Shown piece by piece: positions 37,196 to 48,028 of a stretch of DNA of 64,000 nt. The DNA lies in the NCBI GenBank assembly GCA_963730185.1, contig CAVSQW010000004.1:93408-157407 (forward strand), read 5' to 3'. Source of the DNA: an uncultured Gemmatimonadales bacterium (GTDB lineage: Bacteria > Gemmatimonadota > Gemmatimonadetes > Gemmatimonadales > GWC2-71-9). The position numbers were made by a program, and so were the translations under genes. The notes beneath the pieces are model-generated. The model was not told the DNA's origin and searched no databases. It saw nothing but the letters and a program-made list of their open reading frames with translations. Every line of letters begins with the position of its first letter. Position 1 is the first letter of the stretch.

Positions 37196-37819
37196 TCAAC
37201 GAAGCCGAAGCAGGTGCTTGAGCCGGGTGTGATCCTCCCGTTCCCGTTCCTCCAGCAGGTCGCGCACCCGCCGGATGTCCGAGCGCAGCTCCGGCGCCAC
37301 CCGCCGCTCCAGGGTATTCACCTGCCGTGAGGTGCGGGCCAACGCATCGGCCAGCCGTCGGAGCAGGATCTCGGTCGATGCGGCGTCGAGCAACAGCTCG
37401 GTGAGCCGCTCGAACTCGTCGGCCGCCGTGGCGGTGGCCGGCCCGGTCAGACCCGGAGCCTGGCCCCGGCCTCGGAGGGTCCGGCTCACGGGGGTGAGCC
37501 GCTCGACGGCCCCGCTGGTGACCCCCCAGGACTCGGTCACGGTCAGGTCCACCTCGATCGGCCGCACCGGCCAGCTGAGCGCTTCCAGCGTGGCACCGCC
37601 GTCCGCGGCGGCGGCGTCGAGCAGGGCTCGGTAGGCGGCGCTCGCCCTGGCTTCGACCCGAGCCCGGGCCTCGATCGCGGGCGACGCGATCCGGAAGAGA
37701 TCGGAGATCAGCGCCTTGCGCTTCCGGGTCAGGAGGTCGATGCCCCGGGCCACCCGTTCCAGGCGCCGCCGGGCCCGGAGCAGGTTGGAGCGGGTTGGGG
37801 CGAGTCGGGACGCGGCCAT
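37196..37819 (-). CDS. ntpD: V/A-type ATP synthase subunit D
   Basis: PTRSNLL, LLTRKRKAL and RTSRQVNTLE..LEERERE motifs; last gene of the operon. Confidence 0.93.
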   Translation of the reverse strand: MAASRLAPTRSNLLRARRRLERVARGIDLLTRKRKALISDLFRIASPAIEARARVEARASAAYRALLDAAAADGGATLEALSWPVRPIEVDLTVTESWGVTSGAVERLTPVSRTLRGRGQAPGLTGPATATAADEFERLTELLLDAASTEILLRRLADALARTSRQVNTLERRVAPELRSDIRRVRDLLEEREREDHTRLKHLLRLR

Positions 37820-37823
37820 CGGC

Positions 37824-39226
37824 TTACTGCTCCGCGGCCCGACCCGAGCGGCGCCGTTCCCAGACCTCGTCCGGTATCCGGGTCAGGTCCTCCCGTGGCA
37901 TGCTCTCGAGCAGGGTCCAGCCGATCTCGCTGGTCTCCACGATGGTGCGGCGGCCCGTGCCCTGGTGGACGAGCTCCCGCTCGAAGCGATCGGCGAAGGC
38001 GAGCGCCCGCCGGTCCTCGGCCGGGAGGCCCGCCTCGCCGACGATGGCGGCGGTGAGTCGCGCCTCGCGGCCCCGGGCGTAGATCGCGTAGAGCTGGTCG
38101 GCCCAGCGCCGATGATCCGGCGTGCGTGCCCTTGCCGATCCCGGCGCTCATCAGCCGCGAGAGCGACGGCAGCACGTCGATCGGCGGGTACACGCCCCCG
38201 CCGGTGCAGCTCCCGGCTCAGCACGATCTGGCCCTCGGTGATGTAGCCCGGTCAGGTCGGGAATCGGATGGGTGATGTCGTCGTCCGGCATCGTGAGGAT
38301 CGGGAGCTGGGTGATGGATCCCGCGCCGTCGGCCAGCACCCCGGCCCGCTCGAACAGGGTGGCGAGGTCGGTGTACATGTATCCGGGATAGCCGCGCCGC
38401 CCGGGAATCTCCTCCCGCGCGGCGCCCAGCTCGCGGAGCGCCTCGCAGTAGTTGGTGCAGTCGGCCAGCACCACCAGCACGTGCATGCCGCGCTCGAAGG
38501 CCAGGTGCTCGGCCTGCGGCAAGGGCCAGCCGTGGCGCGAGCAGCCGCTCGATGGTCGGGTCGCCGGTGCGGTTCAGGTAGAACACGGTCCGGGCCAGTC
38601 GCCTCGCTGTGCTCGAAGCCCGCCAGGAACCGCTGGGTCTTCGCGCTGGGTGATGCCGATGGCCACGAAGATGACGGCGAAGGGCTCGTCGCTCCGGGTC
38701 CGGGCGTCGCGCGACGACCGCCGCGGCCAGATCGAGCCCGGGAAGCCCGGCGCCGGAGAAGATCGGCAGCTTCTGGCCCCGGACCAGAGTGTTCATCCCG
38801 TCGATCGCCGAGATCCCGGTCTCGATGAAGTCGGCGAGGCTTGCGCCGGCGGACCGGGTTCATGGGCCGGCCCCAGACGGCCCGCCGCGTCGCTCCCGAT
38901 CGGGTGCGGGCAGGCCGTCCAGCGGAGCGCCCGGCACCGGCAGAACACCCGCCCCAGCAGCTCCTCCCCGACGGTCGCCCGGGCGACGTCGCCGGTGAAG
39001 GTGACCCGGGCCGCCGCCGGCCCAAGCCCGACGGTGTCCTCGAACACCTGCACCACCGACTGCCGTCGGCCCGACCTCGATCACCTGACCCCGGCGGGTC
39101 GCACCGTCGGCCGGTCTCGATCGTCACCCACTCGCCCAGGCCGGCGAGCCGGGTGTCGGCGACGGTCAGCAGCGGGCCCGGCGGCGCTGGCGGCGCCGGG
39201 ATAGATCGCGGGTGCGGCTCGCTCAC
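37824..39226 (-). CDS. ntpB: V/A-type ATP synthase subunit B (multiple frameshifts, probably sequencing errors)
   Basis: Fragments in different frames: [78 protein letters not shown]. Confidence 0.88.
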
Positions 39227-40994
39227 GAGGTTGCCCTCCGCACCGCGCGGTCGATCTCCGCCGTGGCGTGGGCGAGCGCGCTTTCCAGATCGGGGCCGGT
39301 GCTGCCGCGGACGGCGAGAGGGCGCGTCGGACCCGGCCGGTCTCGATCGTTTCGAAGGCGGCGACCTTCGCCCGAGCCACGATCGCGGCTCGAGCCACGA
39401 AGTCGTGGATCGACCGGGCCAACGCTGCCGTCTTGGTCACCGGCGACACTGCGTCGGCCGGGTCGAACGCGCTCTGCCCGATGAGGAACTCGCGGACCAG
39501 AGCGCGCGGTCTCCAGCACCAGGCGGTCCGTCCGTCGAGCGCGTCGGGACCGACCAGGCCGGCCACTTCGCGGAGCTCCCGGTCCCGCTGCAGGACGTCG
39601 AACGTGGCCTGGCGCAGCGTCGCCCAGTCGGCGCCGGCCACGGTCCTCGAACCACGCGGTCGACGTCGCCGGCCTGCAGGCTGTAGCTGGTCTCCCAGTC
39701 CACCGCCGGGAATTGGCGCTGGTGCGCGAGGCCGGGATCGAGCGCCCAGAGCGCGCCGGCCACCCGCAGCGCGGCCTGGGTGACCGGCTCGGAGAAGTCG
39801 CCGCCCGGGCGGCGAGAGCGCGCTGATGAAGGTGACCGCGCCGCTCGCGCTGCCGGCGGCCCAGCGTCTGCGCCCGCCCGGCCCGCTCGAAGAGCTTGCC
39901 GAGCCGGTTGCCGAGAGTAGGTCGGATAGCCCTCCTCGCCGGGCATCTCCCGGAGCAGCGAGCCGATCTCGCGCAGGGCCTCCGCCCACCGCGACAGCGA
40001 GTCCGCCATCAGGGCCACCCGATAGCCCATGTCGCGGTAGTACTCGGCGATCGTGAGCCCGAGATAGACCGAGGCCTCCCGCGCCGCCACCGGCATGTTC
40101 GAGGTGTTCACCACCAGGACGGTGCGGTCCATCAGCGAGCGCCCGGTGCGCGGGTCTCGAGGCTCGGGAACTCCTCGAGCACGTCGGCCATCTCGTTGCC
40201 GCGCTCGCCGCAGCCGACGTAGACCACGATGTCGGCCTCGGCGTAACTTGGCCAGCGACTGCTCGATCACCGTCTTGCCCGTGCCGAACCCGCCCGGCAC
40301 CGCGACCGATCCCGCCCTCGGCGACCGGGAAGAGGAGGTCGAAGACGCGCTGCCCGGTGACGAACGGCCGGTCGGCCGGCAGCCGCGCGGCCACCGGCCG
40401 GGGCACGCGCACCGGCCAGCGCTGCGCCAGGCCGAGCGGGGTGCCGTCCGTCGAGCCGCCCGACGTGCTCGTCGACCGCGATGGTCGCCCGGCGCGATCT
40501 CGGCGATCGCGCCCCGCCGACCCCGGGCGGCATCAGGATCGATGGACGAAGCCGGGGCGTTCGCTGCCACCACGTCCGAGCACGTCGCCGCCGACCACGG
40601 ATCGCCGGCCGCGACGGTCGGCTCGAAGCGCCCAGCGGCGCGGCCCGGTCCAGGGTCGGCGCGACCGTGCCGGCCGCCGATGAAGTCGCCCTCGCCGCTC
40701 GGCGAGCGGCGCCAGCGGCCGGCCGATGCCGTCGAGCACCGAGCCCAGCAGGCCGGGGCCGAGCTCCGCCAGCGAGCGGCCCGCCGGTGCGGCTCGACCG
40801 GCTCGCCCGAGCGCGAGCCCGGCCGTGTCCTCGAAGACCTGGATGGTGGCCGGTCTCCGCCCACGCAGCGGATCACTTCGCCGAGCAGCCCCGTCGCCCG
40901 ACCCGCACGATCTCGTAGAGCGACGGCCCCGCCCAGCGGAGCCGCCTCGACCGAGCGCGCCGGCGGCGCGCGATCACTCGCGCGCGCCGGTCAT
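39223..40994 (-). CDS. ntpA: V/A-type ATP synthase subunit A (multiple frameshifts, probably sequencing errors)
   Basis: Fragments: [11 protein letters not shown], Walker [69 protein letters not shown] overlap with subunit F. Confidence 0.88.
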
Positions 40995-41320
40995 CGGAGC
41001 CTCACCCGGTAGCCGATGGCGCGCCGCAGGAGCTCCACCACCCGGTCCTCGGCCGACCGCCGGGATTGCCCCGCGGGCGAGGGGAAGGGGACCACGACCG
41101 GCACGGCCGACCGGTCCAGGCGCCGGCGGAGCTCCGGACCGAGGCCGTCGTAGATGGACTCCTCGATCAGCACGACGGCCAGATCGGGCCGGCCCAACGC
41201 CGACCCAACCAACTCCGCCGGATCCCCGCCGGGTCGAATCGGGTCGGCGGGAACGCCCGCCAGTCCGAACCCCGCCGCCACCGCCGGCGACGCCAGCGCG
41301 CGAACCGTCCGGGCGCTCAT
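40991..41320 (-). CDS. ntpF: V/A-type ATP synthase subunit F
   Basis: AAGFGLAGV, LAVVLIEE, PVVVPFP and RRAIGY motifs; 109 aa; operon position. Confidence 0.88.
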   Translation of the reverse strand: MSARTVRALASPAVAAGFGLAGVPADPIRPGGDPAELVGSALGRPDLAVVLIEESIYDGLGPELRRRLDRSAVPVVVPFPSPAGQSRRSAEDRVVELLRRAIGYRVRLR

Positions 41321-42330
41321 GCGGCCGCCAGCCAATCCGGGACGGGCCATGGGGCGCCCAGGCGGATCGACCAGAGGGCGGCCCGAACCAGGTACGCCTC
41401 CAGCCGAATCCGCTCCAGCACCAGGAGGGTCGGGGCCGGTCCGAGCGGGTCGCGGCGAGCCAGGCCCCGGAGCCACCGGATCCGCGCCGCGAGCGAGCGT
41501 CCCTCGAATCCGCGCTCCGGCGGGTCGGCCATTCGGAATACCTGTTCGAGCGGGGTGTGCCGGAACTGCGCGGCGAGCGCGGGACCCACCTCGGCCGGAT
41601 CTCGGCTCATCGCGATCCGGCGATGGTCGGCGGCGGAGAGCAGCTCGCCGCCCTCCAGCCAGACGTCTCCCGGTCCGACCTCGCCGCCCCAGGACGGGCT
41701 CGCCAGCAGGCCAGCCCCGTTCTCGAGGTCGATCGTCAGGGCGGCGAAGCGCCTGACGACGGGGCCGCCGGCCCGCGCCAACCGGGTAGCCCGGACGGCA
41801 AACGTCCGGGACAAGGCGACCTCCAACCCGAACAGGCCCGATCGGTCGGTCCCCGCCGCGGCGCTCGCGAGTGCCCGTCCGGCCGGATGTCCGGCCCGGG
41901 TCAGGCGATCCGCGAGATCGGCCGGCGAGGTGGCCGCGGCGAGACGGGTCAGGAGGCGCCGGGGGAGCGAGGGGGTGGGGACCACCGACCGGAGCCGGGT
42001 GGCCGCCGACCCGCCCTGGGCCGCGCCGCGGAGCAGGCGGCGGAGCGTCCGGCGCTCCTCGTCTTCGAGCACGACGGCCAGGGCGCTCCGGCAGGGGCCG
42101 AGCCACCGGTCCAGGGTCCGGAACCGATCGGCCGCCACCTGGCCGACCCAGGCGTCGAGCTCGGCCTCGTCTCGCCCGGCGCGGTCGAGCGGCAGAGGGG
42201 CGCCGCCCGGTGCCAGGATCGCCAGCAGCTCGGGCCCGGTCGTGGCGGCTCCGACCCGACGAAGCCCGGCCCGGTCCAGGAGGTGGCCGGCCAGACCGCG
42301 GGCCCGGCTATTCAGCTGGTCCCAGCGCAT
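41317..42330 (-). CDS. ntpC: V/A-type ATP synthase subunit C (d / AC39 family)
   Basis: LNSRARGLAGHLL N-terminus, IDLEN, 337 aa; lies between E and F. Confidence 0.82.
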   Translation of the reverse strand: MRWDQLNSRARGLAGHLLDRAGLRRVGAATTGPELLAILAPGGAPLPLDRAGRDEAELDAWVGQVAADRFRTLDRWLGPCRSALAVVLEDEERRTLRRLLRGAAQGGSAATRLRSVVPTPSLPRRLLTRLAAATSPADLADRLTRAGHPAGRALASAAAGTDRSGLFGLEVALSRTFAVRATRLARAGGPVVRRFAALTIDLENGAGLLASPSWGGEVGPGDVWLEGGELLSAADHRRIAMSRDPAEVGPALAAQFRHTPLEQVFRMADPPERGFEGRSLAARIRWLRGLARRDPLGPAPTLLVLERIRLEAYLVRAALWSIRLGAPWPVPDWLAAA

Positions 42331-42910
42331 CGACGCCCTCCTCCACCCGGCGGGCGACGGCGATGGCCAGCTCCGGCCGACGCCGTTCGAGCAGCGCGAC
42401 GAGGGTGTTGTCCACCGTCACCCGGCCGTCGGCGGACCGGCCCAGCACACCGGCGGCGGCCTCCGGAGTCGCCGAGATCTCGATCTCGCCCCGGCCCGCC
42501 GCCGCGGACTCGACCTGGGCCGCGACGTCCGGGCGGCACGACAGAGCGGCGGGGGCGCCGGCCAGATAGGCCAGGGTGCTCTCGACCAGGCGCTCGACCC
42601 GCCAGGCATAGGCCGATCCCTCGAGCGTCGAGAGCCGGGCTCCGGCCCGGGCCAGCACCCGGTCCACCACGGCCGTCCGGGCCGAGAGCAGCCGCTCCTT
42701 GAGGGCCCGGGTTTCCTCGGCGAAGGCCCGGTCTGACGCGAGTCGAGCCCGCGCCCGGACCTCCTCGAGCACCAACGCCCGTTGCCGCTCGGCCTCCGCC
42801 GTGGCGTCCCGGATCAGGGCCGCGGCCTCGGCCTTCGCCTCGGCCAGGGTTCGGTCGGCCTGGGCGGCCGCGGCCTGCTCCAGGGTCTGGAGCAGGGTCT
42901 CCAGCGCCAT
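42308..42910 (-). CDS. ntpE: V/A-type ATP synthase subunit E
   Basis: MALETLL.. coiled coil followed by AGVLGRSADGRVTVDNTL; operon position. Confidence 0.85.
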   Translation of the reverse strand: MALETLLQTLEQAAAAQADRTLAEAKAEAAALIRDATAEAERQRALVLEEVRARARLASDRAFAEETRALKERLLSARTAVVDRVLARAGARLSTLEGSAYAWRVERLVESTLAYLAGAPAALSCRPDVAAQVESAAAGRGEIEISATPEAAAGVLGRSADGRVTVDNTLVALLERRRPELAIAVARRVEEGVDALGPAE

Positions 42911-42913
42911 GGC

Positions 42914-43135
42914 TCAGCCGCCGGCCCGGAGCATGATGACCAGGGCCAGGACGAAGCCGAGGATCACCATGGTCTCCGGAATTGCAAGGAGGAGGACCGC
43001 GGTGGTGCTGAGCTCCGGCTTCTCGGCCAGCGTGGCCGAGATAGCTGGGCCGATCCGGGATTGCGCCCAGCCGGTCGCCAGGGCGGGCAACCCGATGGCG
43101 AGCGCCGCGCTCAACGTGATCCAGACGATGTTCAT
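42914..43135 (-). CDS. ntpK: V/A-type ATP synthase subunit K (c / proteolipid), single hairpin, 73 aa
   Basis: WAQSRIG..AEKPE..AIPETMVILG with the carrier Glu; GAGGAGG RBS before ATG 43135. Confidence 0.93.
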   Translation of the reverse strand: MNIVWITLSAALAIGLPALATGWAQSRIGPAISATLAEKPELSTTAVLLLAIPETMVILGFVLALVIMLRAGG

Positions 43136-43146
43136 ACCGCCTCCTC

Positions 43147-45039
43147 TTATCCGGCCGAGCTGCCATTCGGCCGCCAATGGCCGAGCGGGTGATACCGCTG
43201 CCCGCCCGGACTGTAGAACTTCCCGAAAAATTCGACGTAATGCAGTCGTAACCCGTGAATGGTCGGAGCGAAGATCCCGAGCGCGAAGTTCACGAGGTGA
43301 AAGAGCAGGCCGAACACCGCGCCAACGAGCACGCTGCCGAGCGAGCCCGCCAGCTCATTCGCCACCACGGCCATCATGACCGAGGCGGTCCCCAGGGCCA
43401 TGATCCGGGCGTAGGACAGGATGTTGCTCAGGGTCGAGAGCAGCTCGATCGGCGCGATGATTCCTTCCGCGACCACCAGGACCGGAAACGCGGCCAGGAG
43501 CACCACGACGGCGGGGGTGAAGAACCGGTGGGGGAGGACCTCGAACGCCGCCAGCAGCGCGACCACGATCACCAGCACCATCAGCAGAGCCACGCCCCGG
43601 CCGACGGCCTGCCGCGGGTGCCCTCGGGCGGCATTCACGACGCCGAGCCCGAGGCCGAGGGTAATGTGGACGACGCCGATCGCGACCGTCAGACCGAGAA
43701 ATGGGATCAGGGCCTTCTCCCGATCGAAGAGGAGCGGATGAAGTCCGAACCAGCGGCGCCCCAGGTCGCCGAAGAGCTCGCCGAACCCGATCCCGAAGGC
43801 GATCGAGAAGGCGGCGCACGCGCCCAGGATTTCGCTCACGGCCCGGACCGTGGTGCCGGGCGCCGAGCGGTGCCGGAGGAGCAGCGCCAGGGCCACCAGC
43901 GCGATGCCGTAGCCGATGTCGCCGAGAATCAACCCGAAGAACATCGGAAAGAAGACGGCCACGAAGGGAGTCGGGTCGATCGACCCGTACCGGGGCAGGG
44001 GCAGCATCCCCGTGACCATCTCGAAGGGTCGGAAGAGCCGAGGGTTCCGGAGCACGACGGGTGCCTCGTCGCCCTGCCAGTCCTCCCGGTCCACGATCTC
44101 GGTGGCGACCGCCCCGTCGAAGCGCCGCTCGATCGTGTCCCTGAGCCCGCTCGCCTGAGGGGCCGGGACCCAGCCCTCCAGGACGAAGGTCCGGTCGCTG
44201 GCGGCGGCTCGAGTCTGGGCCGTGAGCCCGAGCAGCCGATCCTCGACCGCGGCCCGAGCGGGCCCGACCTCGCTCCGCTCGGCCTCGATCAGCTCGGCCC
44301 GTCGAGCGTCCACCCGGGCCAGGGCCTCGTCGGTCTCGAGCCGCTTTCGCTCCAGCTCGGGCTGGAGGTCGGCCAGCGCCTGGCCCTCGAACCCAGGCGG
44401 GAGCGGCAGCTCGCCGACCCCGGCCTGGGCCAGCAGCCGGTCGACCCGAGGCGCGTCCTCCAGCCGGACCAGCAGAATGGCCGCCAGCTCGCCCGACGGA
44501 AGCGCGGTCGACTCGAGTATGAACTCGTGCCCGATCACCTTCTCGAGCGCGGTGCTCAGGTGGGGGACTGCCTCCCGGTCCTCGCCGCGGAGCACCAGGT
44601 GGTAGCTGTGGGTTCGCGCCGTGGTCGTCGCGGGGACCAGCCCGCGGAAGGCCCTCACGAACGCCTGGAAGCGGGTCAACTCGGCCCGGGTCTCGTCGAG
44701 GGCTCGCCGCTCCTGGTCCAGCCGGTCCAACTCACGGAGCGCCCGGCGGGAGCGCCGGGCCCAGGTCGCGAATTCGTGCCCGCTCGGCGGCCCGGTCGGT
44801 GGCCCCGGTGCCGGTGGGACAGGGCCCACTCGGCTGGCCAGGGTGGTCAGGTCGCGCGCCAGGTCGGCCAGGTGTCGGGACCGCCGGACCTCGGGCCCGC
44901 TCAACTCGACCGGACGGAGCGGGCCGGTCGGCGAGGCGTCGGCGAGATGGACCACGCCCTCGTCTTGCAACAGCTGGATCACCCGATCGAGCCGATCGCG
45001 GGGACCCAGGATCCGGAGGCGAGCCATGGGCAGGATCAT
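43147..45039 (-). CDS. ntpI: V/A-type ATP synthase subunit I (a)
   Basis: LEGWVP, PRYGSIDPT, FFGLILGDIGYG, LSYARIMALG (essential Arg) and LRLHYVEFF motifs. Confidence 0.95.
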   Translation of the reverse strand: MILPMARLRILGPRDRLDRVIQLLQDEGVVHLADASPTGPLRPVELSGPEVRRSRHLADLARDLTTLASRVGPVPPAPGPPTGPPSGHEFATWARRSRRALRELDRLDQERRALDETRAELTRFQAFVRAFRGLVPATTTARTHSYHLVLRGEDREAVPHLSTALEKVIGHEFILESTALPSGELAAILLVRLEDAPRVDRLLAQAGVGELPLPPGFEGQALADLQPELERKRLETDEALARVDARRAELIEAERSEVGPARAAVEDRLLGLTAQTRAAASDRTFVLEGWVPAPQASGLRDTIERRFDGAVATEIVDREDWQGDEAPVVLRNPRLFRPFEMVTGMLPLPRYGSIDPTPFVAVFFPMFFGLILGDIGYGIALVALALLLRHRSAPGTTVRAVSEILGACAAFSIAFGIGFGELFGDLGRRWFGLHPLLFDREKALIPFLGLTVAIGVVHITLGLGLGVVNAARGHPRQAVGRGVALLMVLVIVVALLAAFEVLPHRFFTPAVVVLLAAFPVLVVAEGIIAPIELLSTLSNILSYARIMALGTASVMMAVVANELAGSLGSVLVGAVFGLLFHLVNFALGIFAPTIHGLRLHYVEFFGKFYSPGGQRYHPLGHWRPNGSSAG

Positions 45040-45401
45040 GACACCCGTCGCTCCGGCGCCAGAACCCGGTCGACGACCCAGGCGGTCAGCCGGCCGAGCT
45101 CCGGCTCGCCGACCCCCGTGAGCCGGGCGAGCCGATCCTCGGCCACCTGGCGTGTCCCGGCCAGACGGGCGGCCTGGTCGCGCGCCAGGCTCGCCTCCAG
45201 CCGCGCTTGCGCCGCCTCGGTTGCCTCGTCGGCCGCGACCCGGAGCGCGGCCGCTTCCCGAGCGGCCCGGGTCAGGATCCCGGCCGCTTCGTCGCGCCGC
45301 CGGGCCAGCAGCTCGTCGAGGCGCGCCTCCGCCTTCACCAGGCGGGCCAGGGCCGAGTCCTCGGGCGGCCGCCCGTGCCCATTCGCTCCGTTCGCGACCA
45401 T
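45036..45401 (-). CDS. V/A-type ATP synthase peripheral-stalk subunit G/H (putative)
   Basis: 121-aa Ala/Glu/Arg-rich helical protein; first gene of the operon; ATGA overlap with subunit I. Confidence 0.7.
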   Translation of the reverse strand: MVANGANGHGRPPEDSALARLVKAEARLDELLARRRDEAAGILTRAAREAAALRVAADEATEAAQARLEASLARDQAARLAGTRQVAEDRLARLTGVGEPELGRLTAWVVDRVLAPERRVS

Positions 45402-45516
45402 CCGGGACCTCCCGATGCGGGCGCGTCTTCCCGACGATCAAGGTCGACCGGCGGCCATGAACCGTCTCGGAGGCTGGGCTGAACCGTCCTTCACGCCGCC
45501 CGCGGGCGAAGCCGGA

Positions 45517-45540
45517 AAGTTGGGTACATTATTGCATTCC
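45517..45540 (+). promoter_or_regulatory. AT-rich motif AAGTTGGGTACATTATTGCATTCC upstream of the acylase
   Basis: 19/24 identical to 51551-51574; contains the -10-like hexamer TACATT. Confidence 0.45.
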
Positions 45541-45557
45541 CGAGCTGTGAGATCGCG

Positions 45558-47745
45558 ATGACCCACCGCCCCCGACGCTGCTCTGCGTCCCTGGCCCTGG
45601 TCCTTCTTCTCGGGGCGGCCGCTCCGGCGGTGCGCTCGCCAGCCGCCGCCCAGACGCGGCCCCCCGCCCGCGCGGAACGGGTCCGGTGGGAGCGGCAAGC
45701 CTCGGCGGTGACGATCTACCGCGACACCTGGGGGGTGCCGCACGTCCACGGCCGGACTGACCCGGAGGTGATGTTCGGCATGGCCTACGCCCGGGCCGAG
45801 GACCGCTTTCCCGAGACCGAGTCCGCGTACCTGCAGGGGCTCGGTCGCCTGGCCGAGCTGCAAGGGGAGGATGGGGTGGGGTGGGACGTCTTCGTCCGAG
45901 CGTTCGAGCTGGAGCGCCGGGGGCGGGAAGAGTACGCCGCCGCCAGTCCCGCCCTGAAGGCGCTGGTGGACGGGTGGGCGGACGGTACCAACTACTACCT
46001 CTTCCGTCACCCCGAGGTGAGGCCGAAGGTGCCGATCCACTACCAAGGGTGGATGGCGTTCATGCTCTACCGCGGCTTTGCCCTGACGCCGGACGCGGGT
46101 GGCGTGGACCTTCGGCACTTGGCCGGCATCGTCCTCCCGGCCCCCCGAAATCGGGAGGAGGGCTCGAACATGTGGGCGGTGAGCGCCGCCAAGAGCGCCT
46201 CGGGCCATCCGATGCTCTTCCTCAATCCCCACACCCCGATGGCGCCGGTCTACGAGAGCCAGTGGATCAGCGACGAGGGCTGGGACATTTCCGGTCTCAC
46301 CGCCTACTCGCAGACCTTGGTGCCGGTCAAGGGATTCAATCCCCATCTCGGCTGGGCGCTCACCGTCAACAACTCCGACATGGTGGACGTCTGGCAGGAA
46401 GTGTTCGACGACCCCGCCCGTCCGCTCGCCTATCGGTACGGGAGCGGCTACCGCACGGCCGTGTCCTGGCGGGATTCGCTCCGGGTGCGGACCGCGAGCG
46501 GGCTCGAGACTCGGTACGTCACCCTCGAAAAGACCCACCACGGTCCCATCCTGGGAGAGCGCGACGGCAAGAAACTGGCGGTGATGTACGGCAACGTGGA
46601 CCGGGGTGGCCTGCTACAGCAGTGGTACGCGATGGGCAAGGCCCGGAACCTGGCCGAGTTCCGGCAGGCGCTCGCGATCAACGGACTGGTCTATCACAAC
46701 GTGATGTACGCCGACACGGCGGGGAACATCTTCTATATCCACGCCGGGGCCGTGCCCCGTCGTGACACCACGATCGATTGGTCGCAGCCGGTCGACGGGA
46801 CCGATCCCCGCACCGACTGGCAGGGGTACCATACGCCCGGCGACATGCCCCAGGTGCTGAACCCGCCGTCGGGCTGGATGCAGAGCGCGAACTCGACCCC
46901 GTTTCTCACCACCACCGCCGACGCCAACCCGCGACGCGAGGACTTTCCCTCCTACCTCGGGCTCCATCCCGACAACTGGCGCTCCCGCGAGGCGCGCCGC
47001 CTGCTGTCGGCGCCGGGGAAGTTCACCTTCGATCAATGGTCGGCGATGGCATTCGATACCTACTTCTTCGCCGCCGAGCGGGACGTGCCGCTGATCCGTT
47101 CCGAGTGGAACCTGCTTCGGGCGGTGGACCCGAGCCGGGCGGAGTCCACTCGGACCATGCTCGATTCGCTCGAGCGCTGGGACCGCTACGGACGGGTGGA
47201 GTCGGTCCCGGCGCTCTGGTTCGCCCTTTGGGCCAGCGTGGCGGGCGAGACCGCGCCGCGCCGCGATACCACCGGCTGGTATCCGGGCCCGGGCTCTCGA
47301 AACCGTGCGGGATCGGTTGGTGGCCGACTTCGGCACCGTCGACGTGAAGCTGGGCGACTTTCTCAGACTCCAGCGCCCCGACGAGCGGCAGGGCCGGACC
47401 TTCAGCGACTCCTTGGCAAGCCTGGCGCTGCCGTCCGCCGAGGGGACGGCGGTCGGGTCGATCTTCTCGATCTGGAGCCTGCAGCCGCCGGGCCAGAAGC
47501 GTCACTACGCCGTGGGCGGATCGGCCTACGTTGCGGTGGTTGAGTTCGGACCGGAGATTCGGGCCCGGTCGATCATTCCGTACGGCGAAAGCGGCGACCC
47601 CGACTCGCCCCACTTCTTCGACCAGGCGCCGCTCTTCGCCAAGGGGCAGTTCAAGCCGGCCTGGTTCACCATGGCCGACATCGAAGCGCATCTGGAATCG
47701 AAGTACCACCCGGGCCAGGAAGTGGGGTGGCGACCCCGCCCGTGA
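45558..47745 (+). CDS. Penicillin acylase / Ntn-hydrolase (S45) family protein, one frameshift near 47285
   Basis: [11 protein letters not shown], nucleophile GSNMW, NPH, HHGP, NVMYAD; second frame [24 protein letters not shown]. Removing one C in tat-ccgg joins the frames. Confidence 0.88.
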
Positions 47746-47782
47746 GCCGTCTCTGGCGGGATCCGGGTCGTAGAGGCAAATA

Positions 47783-48025
47783 ATGCTGTTCGCGCTGCTC
47801 TGGACCTGGGTCTTCAATCGAGCCGGCCAGAGCATCCTGATCGCCGTCCTGGTGCACGCGTCGCTCAACGCGACCCAGGGGTGGCTCCGATCGGTGGATC
47901 CGGGCCTCGCCGCCCGCGCGGCCGGCCCGATGCCGGGTGTCGTGGCCGGGCTGGCTCTCGTCGTCGTGGTGGCGACCCGGGGACGCCTCGGCTTCCGGGG
48001 CGTCCCGAGCCCGGCCGGCCCCTGA
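47783..48025 (+). pseudogene. C-terminal remnant of a CPBP family intramembrane protease
   Basis: TWVFNRAGQSILIAVLVHASLN matches the CPBP HxxxN motif (compare RTRGSVLLAMIFHWSVN at 29 kb). The EExxxR and WH motifs are absent and there is no room for them upstream. Confidence 0.65.
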
Positions 48026-48028
48026 GGG

